The notes under the pieces are model-generated. The model made no database searches. It was not told where the DNA came from and was given only the letters and a program-made list of their open reading frames with translations. Position numbers and translations under genes: made by a program. Source: an uncultured Chitinophagaceae bacterium (GTDB lineage Bacteria; Planctomycetota; Planctomycetia; Pirellulales; UBA1268). Taken from it: 64,000 bases of DNA. The DNA lies in contig CAZPEM010000001.1 of assembly GCA_964585575.1 (NCBI GenBank), forward strand, positions 4,994-68,993. Reading direction: 5' to 3'. Below are positions 46,555 to 54,300 of the stretch, one piece after another (positions within the stretch are counted from its first letter, which is position 1; every line of letters begins with the position of its first letter).

Positions 46555-48353
46555 CACTGGATCTCGATGAGCCTTTCGACGGTTCCGCTGCGACCCACCC
46601 TGCCGAGCAGGAACTCGCAGGCCAGGTTGCAGCCGAGCACGGAGCGGTTGCGGACGGCGTCGAGCCCCCGATAGACGAGCCACTGGCTCCCGCCGACCTG
46701 GATCCGGTATCCGCAGCCGCGATGCTCGGGGAGGTTCTGCCGGCTGTCGGCGACCGTAAGCCGCCGCCACGTCAGCGGCTCGCCGATCCGTGCCGCGTCG
46801 AGGTCGAGCCAGATCGGCGTGTAGGTCCTCGCGACCCGTGAACGCCTCGCATGCACGAGCCGGCCGGGCTCCGCCTCGAGCCTCCCGTCGCACGAAGCCG
46901 ACGACCATTCCGGCAGCGCCAGCGGCAACGCCATCAGCCGCACCGACTCGTCGAAGCCGATGAGCTCACGGGTTTCTTCGGCGGCCTCGAACTCGATCCC
47001 GGGGCAGACCGGCAGGCCGGTGCGGTACTCGATCTCCATGGCCAGCCGCGGCGAATCGGCGGGACCGGCCCGCGTCGAATCTTCGGAGGGCACGATCGCG
47101 TCCGCAACGAGCAGCACCCGGTCCCGGGGAGCGAAAACGAGCTGCCGTTCGAGTCTCAGACCACGGGACAGCGGCAGCGTCCATTCGGCGAACGTCGTCT
47201 CCGTAGCCCCCTGCGACTTGGCGGCCTTTTCCGACTCGAAGCAGGAATCGGCCCAGGGGCCGCTCGGTTCGAGCGCGACGCCGTCGGCCGAAGCCTCGAA
47301 CGACCACTCGCCGCAGCAGAGCAGTCTGGACTCGACGACGACCTCGAGGTGCATCGCGGACCCGCGCGCATCGACGAGGATCCTCGTGGAGCGACGCCCG
47401 CGGCCGGAGCGGATGACGGCGAAGCCGCCGACGGATCGGCTTGCCGCAGGCTGCAGGCCGTGTCGCCCGGCGACTTCGACGATCGACTCCCATCCCGGTT
47501 GCATCGTCCATCCACCCCGCACGGCGGCGGGTTTTCCGTGACGGCGGTCGGCCGGCAGGAGCCGCATCGCCGTCTCGATCGCCGAGAGCAGGGCGTCGCG
47601 GACGCGGGGGGACCAGGGAACGTCGCCCGTCTCCTCCGCCCGCAGGTGCACTCCCGCCCAGCGGGCGACCGTCTCCAGGATCGCTTCCGATCCGGTCCGT
47701 CCGATCGCGCCATCCGAGGGCATGAGCTGCTCGATTTCCGCCTCGACGGCGGCCACGGCGAGCGGAGCAAAACGGTCGCACGCCTCGACGTCGGCGAAGA
47801 GCCTGCCGAGCACGAGCAGAAATCCGGCCGGCGTCGTGTCGCCGATCTCGAGCGCCGGAAGCAAGGAACTGGCGATCCCCTCGATCCGCTGGAGCGCGGC
47901 CCCGGAGGCGACGCTCGACCGCTTCGACCGCGCGGCCCACGCCAAGCCCCACGCGGCGGCTTCGGCCGCCGTCGCCCGTCCCGCGAGCCCCTCGCCGTTT
48001 TCGGCGGCGTCGATGACCGCGTCGAGCAGGCCGCCCGGCTTCGTGATCTCGGCGGCCTTCTCCCCCGCGGCGATCGCCCGCGCGAGCGACAGCAGCCGCT
48101 TTCTCGGATCGTGCGAGTCGCACTCCGATCCGAGTCGGCGGATCTCGGCGACGGCCACCCTCCGCTTGATCCGCTCCGGCGGCCGCTTGCGGCGGCTCGT
48201 GCGGTGGTGGGGCGGTGTCGGGGACACTGCCGACGGGGACACTGCCGACGGGGACGCTGCCGACGGGGACACTGCCGACGCTTTGGCGTGTACCGCATCG
48301 CCGTTGATCGATGGCCGGGGAAGTTTGCGGGCTTTTCGCTTCGTGCTGTTCAT
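46554..48353 (-). CDS. Hypothetical protein (600 aa) with N-terminal basic/Ser-Pro repeat region
   Basis: The start ATG at 48353 (MNSTKRKARKL...) lies within the longer ORF 46554-49247. The body has high GC3, and I recognised no diagnostic motif. It forms an operon with yggS. Confidence 0.55.
   Translation of the reverse strand: MNSTKRKARKLPRPSINGDAVHAKASAVSPSAASPSAVSPSAVSPTPPHHRTSRRKRPPERIKRRVAVAEIRRLGSECDSHDPRKRLLSLARAIAAGEKAAEITKPGGLLDAVIDAAENGEGLAGRATAAEAAAWGLAWAARSKRSSVASGAALQRIEGIASSLLPALEIGDTTPAGFLLVLGRLFADVEACDRFAPLAVAAVEAEIEQLMPSDGAIGRTGSEAILETVARWAGVHLRAEETGDVPWSPRVRDALLSAIETAMRLLPADRRHGKPAAVRGGWTMQPGWESIVEVAGRHGLQPAASRSVGGFAVIRSGRGRRSTRILVDARGSAMHLEVVVESRLLCCGEWSFEASADGVALEPSGPWADSCFESEKAAKSQGATETTFAEWTLPLSRGLRLERQLVFAPRDRVLLVADAIVPSEDSTRAGPADSPRLAMEIEYRTGLPVCPGIEFEAAEETRELIGFDESVRLMALPLALPEWSSASCDGRLEAEPGRLVHARRSRVARTYTPIWLDLDAARIGEPLTWRRLTVADSRQNLPEHRGCGYRIQVGGSQWLVYRGLDAVRNRSVLGCNLACEFLLGRVGRSGTVERLIEIQ
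48220..48279. repeat. In-frame 15-bp tandem repeat x4 encoding (S-A-V/A-S-P)n on the minus strand
   Basis: ggggacactgccgac at 48220-48234, 48235-48249, 48250-48264 (one substitution) and 48265-48279. Confidence 0.9.
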
Positions 48354-48395
48354 TCCGGTATGGTACAAAAATCTTTCCCGCCGGAGGCCCGTCCC

Positions 48396-49082
48396 ATGCG
48401 TTTCCCCGACTCGATCGACCGCCCCGCGTTCGTCCTGGCGGTCGCCGCCGCTTTTTCGGCATTCTGCGGCTGCAGCGCGGCCGACGCCCCCTCCCTCAAG
48501 CGGCTCTCGAAGACCGACGCCGTCTGGCTCGACGAAAACCGCAAGGAACTCGTCCTCCGCGGCACGGTCGTGCTCGATCGAGGCCCGCTGGAGCTTTTCG
48601 CCTGCCCGAAAAGCACGAAGGAACACGAGGCGGTCGTTGCGGTGGACGCGAAGGCGCAGGTCGTCCATGCCGGATTGCTCGCCCTCGGCCTCGAGCCGGG
48701 AAAGCCCGTGTCGTTCGACCCCAAGTACGTCGCGGCAGCGGGCCCGGTCGTGAAGATCCGGATGCGGTGGAAGGGAAAGGACGGAAAGGTCGTGGAGACC
48801 CCGGCACAAGACTGGATCCGCGATACCCGGACCGGCAAGCCGATGGCCGCGGATTGGGTGTTCGCGGGCAGCTCGTTCTGGAAGGATGAGACGACCGGCG
48901 AGGAGTTCTACCAGGCCGACGGCGGCGACCTCGTCTGCATTTCCAACTTCCCGACGGCGACGCTCGACATCCCGATCGCCAGTTCCCAGTCGAACGAGGC
49001 GCTGCTGTTCGAAGTCATGGATGGGGTCGTCCCGCCGCGGGACACGCCCGTGGAGATGATCCTCTCGAAGGGCGTCAAGTGA
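48396..49082 (+). CDS. Secreted lipoprotein, YdjY-like domain
   Basis: ATG 48396 lies within ORF 46851-49082. The signal peptide carries a lipobox (AAAFSAFCGCS). The body, LELFACPKSTKEHEAVVAV...VHAGLLALGLEPGKP, is typical of YdjY-like proteins common in Planctomycetota; the family assignment is from memory. Confidence 0.6.
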   Translation: MRFPDSIDRPAFVLAVAAAFSAFCGCSAADAPSLKRLSKTDAVWLDENRKELVLRGTVVLDRGPLELFACPKSTKEHEAVVAVDAKAQVVHAGLLALGLEPGKPVSFDPKYVAAAGPVVKIRMRWKGKDGKVVETPAQDWIRDTRTGKPMAADWVFAGSSFWKDETTGEEFYQADGGDLVCISNFPTATLDIPIASSQSNEALLFEVMDGVVPPRDTPVEMILSKGVK

Positions 49083-49989
49083 GCCGTGCGTGGCGGAGGA
49101 TTTCCTCCGCCGTCGCGACGTAGCCGACATAGAACGGCCCGAACTCCGCGTAGCGGGCGCTCGCCTCGTCGAACCGCATCGTGTAGACGATCTCCTTGAG
49201 GAAATCGGGCTTTCGTGCCCAGAGCGTGACGCCCCACTCCCAATCATCGAGGCCGACGCTCACCGTGATCAACTGGGTCACCCGACCGCCGAAGCTCATC
49301 CCCGTGCGTCCGTGCTCCGCCATCAACCGACTGCGTTCGGAGAATGGCAGGGTGAACCAGTTTTCCCCGACCTTCCGCTTCTTGTTCATCGGGTAGAAGC
49401 AGGCGTTGGGCCAGGGCGGAAAATCGGGCTCGAGCCTGGCCCGGCGCATGGCTCCCTCCCGCGAGGCGTAGGCCTGCACCTTCGCACGGTAGGAGGCTCC
49501 GTCGCGTTCCTCCCCCTCGGCGACGAGCCGCTCCCCGTACTGCTCGACCGTCGGAACGTATTCACTCACCTCCGTGAGGCTCACGAACGAGTAGGTCGGC
49601 ACGATGCATTGGCCCATCGGCCCGGAAAGCAGCCGCTGGTGCACCGCCTCGACGACCAGCGGCGACGGATCCATGACCATGAGGCCGAAGTCGGCCTTGT
49701 GACCCGGCACGATCCAGGACTGCAGCCGCTTCGGCCCGCCGTCCGCCGACGGCCCCCTATCCACCGACGGATCGACCGCCGCCACGAAGGCGTCGGCAGC
49801 CTGCCGCCGGGCCTCGGCGGACAAGGCGGCCAGCCGGGAGCGGTCGAACGAATAGAAAAAGTGGGTCACGTGCCAGCCGCTGCTCGGCACGCGGGAAACC
49901 TCGTCCGCGCCGGCCCCTTCGGCCCTGGCGTGGGGGCTGGAACCGGCCTGGGTCCGCGGGCTGGAGGGAACGGGAGAAGGTTCGTTCAC
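49075..49989 (-). CDS. hemQ: Chlorite-dismutase-family coproheme decarboxylase (HemQ/ChdC-like)
   Basis: WHVTHFFYSF, and ITVSVGLDDWEWGVTLWARKPDFLKEIVYTMRFDEASARYAEFGPFYVGY, which is the characteristic C-terminal domain. Confidence 0.8.
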   Translation of the reverse strand: MNEPSPVPSSPRTQAGSSPHARAEGAGADEVSRVPSSGWHVTHFFYSFDRSRLAALSAEARRQAADAFVAAVDPSVDRGPSADGGPKRLQSWIVPGHKADFGLMVMDPSPLVVEAVHQRLLSGPMGQCIVPTYSFVSLTEVSEYVPTVEQYGERLVAEGEERDGASYRAKVQAYASREGAMRRARLEPDFPPWPNACFYPMNKKRKVGENWFTLPFSERSRLMAEHGRTGMSFGGRVTQLITVSVGLDDWEWGVTLWARKPDFLKEIVYTMRFDEASARYAEFGPFYVGYVATAEEILRHARLT

Positions 49990-50163
49990 GGCTGGGGCAC
50001 TCCGGCAGGTTTCGCGGGAAGCAGACTGTCACGACCGATGCGGGTCACGATATCATGCGGAAGTCGGTCGCACAGGAGCGGCCCCCGAAACCACGAGCAG
50101 GGGCGATCACGGCAGCGGCCGATCACAGAAAGGGCCGATCTCAAAACAAGGGGGTAGCGGCAC

Positions 50164-50436
50164 ATGGGACAGGCAATCGTCGACCCGGCCGAGCTGCGGC
50201 GGTTTGCAGCCCGGCTGAAGCACTTCAGCGGCGAGGTGATGACGCAGATGCAGGCGGTCCAGCGGCAGCTGGCTGCTCTCGGGGCGACCTGGCGAGACCA
50301 GGAGCATCAGAAGTTCGCGGAGGCGTTCGAGCAGCAACTGGCCCAGTTCGGCCGCTTCGTTCAGTCGACCGAGGACTACGTCCCGTACCTGCAGCGGAAG
50401 GCGGAACGCGTCGAGGAATACCAGCAGCAACGCTAG
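50164..50436 (+). CDS. WXG100-like small helical protein (90 aa)
   Basis: An AAGGGGG RBS precedes the start, and GC3 is high. The layout is WXG100-like: IVDPAELRRFAARL..., a central turn ATW(43)RDQEHQKFAEAF (W-x-D in place of W-x-G), and a second helix to the C-terminus. Confidence 0.7.
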   Translation: MGQAIVDPAELRRFAARLKHFSGEVMTQMQAVQRQLAALGATWRDQEHQKFAEAFEQQLAQFGRFVQSTEDYVPYLQRKAERVEEYQQQR

Positions 50437-50447
50437 CCGGGAACAAC

Positions 50448-51107
50448 ATGTCTGGACAGGCTGACGTCAAATCGATCGACACGCTGGCGTTCGTGAAGGC
50501 GGCGCTCGCCACCTACGCCCACGAGTCGGGGCAGGCCCTCGCGGAGGTCGAGATCGAGGGCCGCCGCGCGGTCGAATGGATCACGGTGGACCGGGCCGAG
50601 TTTTGGAAGGCGGAGGTCCGCCGGTCCGCCGACCTCGTCAACCAGGCGATGAAGGATCTCGAGCACTGCCGCACGTTCAAGAAGGTCGGCGACAACCAGC
50701 CGTCGTGCATCGAGGAGAAGAAGGCGCTCGAGAAGGCGAAGGCCAGGCTCGCGTTCGCCGAGCAGAAACAGGAGGCCGTCCGCCGCTGGACGCCCGTCGT
50801 GCAGCAGCAGTTCCGCGAAACGGGCGTGCGGATGGTGCACTTCAGGGACATCATCGACGTCCAGATCCCGAAGGCGGTCGCACGAATGGAGCGGATGCTC
50901 AAGTCGCTCGACGCCTACAAGAGCGTCAGCGGACCGGCAGCCCGCGACGCGACCAGCGGAGACGCCACCGCGACGAGCGTCGTCCGTCAGGAGCCGTCGG
51001 AATCCGGTGCGGCGACCGGCGTGGCCGACGAATCGTCCGTCGGCACGACATCGACGACAGCAACTCCGGCAAAGCCTGTCGGGCGGGCGACGGAGAGCGG
51101 CACATGA
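50448..51107 (+). CDS. Hypothetical helical protein (219 aa) with Ser/Thr/Ala-rich disordered C-terminus
   Basis: ATG 50448 lies within ORF 50055-51107, 11 nt after the upstream stop. About 150 aa of predicted helices are followed by SGPAARDATSGDATATSVV...TTSTTATPAKP. Confidence 0.65.
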   Translation: MSGQADVKSIDTLAFVKAALATYAHESGQALAEVEIEGRRAVEWITVDRAEFWKAEVRRSADLVNQAMKDLEHCRTFKKVGDNQPSCIEEKKALEKAKARLAFAEQKQEAVRRWTPVVQQQFRETGVRMVHFRDIIDVQIPKAVARMERMLKSLDAYKSVSGPAARDATSGDATATSVVRQEPSESGAATGVADESSVGTTSTTATPAKPVGRATESGT

Positions 51108-51337
51108 GAGTCGGAGATCTCTCGAGCGGCGCGTCGAAACTGGCGCTCGCGCTGAAGCAGCTCGATCTGAAGTGGGAGTCGGCCAAGGAGACCTGGAACG
51201 ACGGCACGAGCCGGCAGTTCCACAAGGAGCACATCGAACCACTCTCGCCGGACGTGAAGGAGATGCTCGAAGCGCTCGGGAGGCTGGCTGAGGTTCTCGC
51301 CCGGGCCGCCCGCGACGTGAGCGACCATGGATCCTGA
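51104..51337 (+). CDS. Second WXG100-like small helical protein (77 aa)
   Basis: ATG 51104 overlaps the upstream stop (ATGA). The central motif is ETW(31)NDG(34)TSRQFHKEH, flanked by helices. Confidence 0.6.
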   Translation: MRVGDLSSGASKLALALKQLDLKWESAKETWNDGTSRQFHKEHIEPLSPDVKEMLEALGRLAEVLARAARDVSDHGS

Positions 51338-54300
51338 CTCCCTGCGGAATCCGTACGACCGCGAACTCCTCCGTGGGCAGATCGAGCGGCTGCGGCGGGA
51401 GGCGGGAATCCGCGCAGGCCTCGAGGAGGAAATCCTCTCGCAATACTCCGAGGCGATCGCCAGGGCCGAGGCCGACGCGAAGTCCGGCCTGGAGACGACA
51501 CGGGCGGAGTTCCAGGCCCGAATCGACGCCGCGAAGCGGGAATACGCGACGCTGACGAAGCGGATCGAAGCACAAACCGAGGCCGATCGTGCCACGCTGG
51601 AGGAGAAGCGGAAAGCCGTCACCGCCGACATCAGGCGGAAGTGCGATCGCGAGGTGCAGCGGCTGAAGGAGGATTTCGCCGGCGACGAGATGCCGTACCG
51701 CGAGGTCCACAAGGACGACCGGAAGAAGCCGCTCCTCATCGCCGCCAAGAGCGAGAAGGAAGTTGCGGCGGCGATGAAGCTGCTCGAGGAAGTCTCGGCG
51801 CGGGTGGCCAAGACCATGGCCGACCGGGGCGTGAAGCCGAACGCCGAAGCGGAAAACACCGAAGCAAGCCAGCCCGAGGCGGCCGCCCAGTCCGAGGTAT
51901 CGGTCGTCGAGGGACCGGACTCGCTCAAGCGGCTTCTCGAACTGAGGGACCTCGGCATCCAGATCGCCCGAAATGCCATCGAGATGCCCGAGGCAAGGTC
52001 GGCGTTCTCGTCCGGGCTGAAGGCGGCGGTCGGCCTGCTGCCGACGCTCCTGGGCCTCGGTGCGGCGGCCGCCGCCTTCGTGCTGCTTCCCGGCGACATC
52101 ACGCTCAAGGGATCGGCGGCGGCGGCCACCGCCGCGGTGCTGATCGGTGGAGGCGTCGGCGGCGGCAGCCTGTTCGTTCGAAAGAAGCGGACGGCGGTTC
52201 GGGTGAAGACGTCGGAATGCGCCGCCCAGCTCGCCGGCGTCGTGGCGGAGGCCGGGGCCACCGCCGCCGCGGCCGGCCGGTTCATCAAGCAACGCCGCGA
52301 GGAGCAGTCGAGAAGGATCGAGGAGAACTTCAACGCAGGGCTCGAGAGCCGCAAGGAAAAGCACGCCCGGCAGCTCGAGGAACTCGCGGCGAAGCGGGAC
52401 AAGGCGCTCGCCGACCTCGAGGCCAAGGCGTCCGCCGCGTTCGAGGGGCTCGCAAGGCGGCTCGCGACCGTCCGCGAGGGGCTCGATTCGAAATACCCTC
52501 CGCTGATCGCCAAGCTCGACGACGAGTGCGCGGCGAAGGTCGCGGCGATCGAGACCACCCACCGAGACGCGGTCAGGGCGATCGAGGACCGCAAGCATGC
52601 CCGCTGGTCGGCCATGACGGAGGCATGGAGGCAGGTTCGCGAGCAGACGACCGCCGCGTACGATGCCGCCAAGGCGGTCGACGAAGCGTCGTTCCTGCCG
52701 TGGTCGGCTCTCGCCGATGAGTCGAATCCGCTCCCTTCGAACGCCCCTCCCGGCCTGAGGTTCGGTTCGCTCGCCCTGTCGATGCGGAGGATCCCCGGCG
52801 GGGTCTCGCCCCACGCCGAGCTCAACGGGTTCGGACCGGAGGCATGGCCGCAGCCGGCGATCCTCCCCTTCCCGGTCGCCTCGTCTGTGCTCCTGAAGAC
52901 GACGGCCGACCAGTCGGAGGCGGCGAGCGGGATGATGCAGGCCCTCATGCTCCGGATCGCGACCGGCATCCCCCCCGGCCAGAGCCGCTTCACGATCCTC
53001 GACCCGCTCGGGCTCGGCAAGCAGTTCGCCGGCTTCATGCACCTGGCCGACCACGACGAACTGCTGGTCACGAGCCGCATCTGGACGGAGCCCTCCCAGA
53101 TCGAGCAGCGGCTGGCGGACATCACCGAGCAGATGGAGGTCGTGATCCAGAAGTACCTCCGCAACGAGTACGAATCGATCGGGGCATACAACGCCGACGC
53201 CGAGGTGCCCGAGCCCTACCGGTTCGTCTGCGTCGCCAACTTCCCGGCCAACTTCACGGAGACCAGCGCCCGCAGGCTCGCGAGCATCGCCGCCAGCGGC
53301 GCCCGCTGCGGCGTCTACGTGATCCTCTCGGTCGACATGAAGCAGACGATGCCTCCCAACTTCAGCCTCTCAGACGTGGAGAAGCATGCCACGACCGTCG
53401 TGCTGAAGGACGGCACGTTCACCTGGCAGGATCCGGAGTTCTCCAAGTGGCCGCTCTCGGTCGAGCAGTCGCCGCCTGACGACGTCTTCACGTCGATCAT
53501 CCAGCGGGTCGGCCGGGCCGCCAAGGCTGCCAAGCGGGTGGAGGTTCCCTTCGACCGCGTGGCCCCCGTCGAGCAGGACTGGTGGAAGGGAAGCACCGCG
53601 AGCGAGGTGCTCGCGCCGCTCGGTCCCGCGGGTGCGAAGAAGCTGCAGTACCTCAAGCTCGGCAAGGGCACGAGCCAGCACGTGCTCATCGCCGGCAAGA
53701 CGGGCTCCGGCAAATCGACGCTCATGCACGCGATGATCACGAGCCTCGCGCTGCAGTACAGCCCCAACGAGATCCAGTTCTATCTCATCGACTTCAAGAA
53801 GGGCGTCGAATTCAAGCTGTACGACCACTACCGGCTGCCGCATGCCCGCGTGATCGCCATCGAGAGCGAGCGGGAGTTCGGGCTCTCGGTGCTCGAGCAG
53901 CTCGACCGGGAGCTCAAGCGTCGCGGCGACCTGTTCCGCGACCTCGCGGTGCAGGACGTGGCCGGCTTCCGCCAGACGGGCCACGCCGACCCGATGCCGC
54001 GAATCCTGCTGGTCATCGACGAGTTCCAGGAGATCTTCGTCGAGGACGACAAGCTCGCCCAGGACGCGGCGCTCATCCTCGACCGGCTCGTGCGACAGGG
54101 GCGTGCCTTCGGCATCCACGTGCTGCTCGGCTCCCAGACGCTCGGCGGCTCCTACAGCCTCCCGCGGGCGACGATGGGCCAGATGGCGGTGCGGATCGCG
54201 CTGCAATGCAACGAGGCCGATTCGAGCCTGATCCTCTCCGAGGAGAACTCCGCCGCCCGACTCCTGACGCGGCCCGGCGAGGCGATCTACAACGACGCCA

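Noticed and set aside
48354-49247. N-terminal ~300-codon extension of the 897-aa minus-strand ORF 46554-49247.
   Set aside because: It overlaps the plus-strand YdjY-like lipoprotein gene and the hemQ 3' end and is low-complexity. A sensible start (MNSTKRK...) exists at 48353, leaving a short divergent promoter gap.
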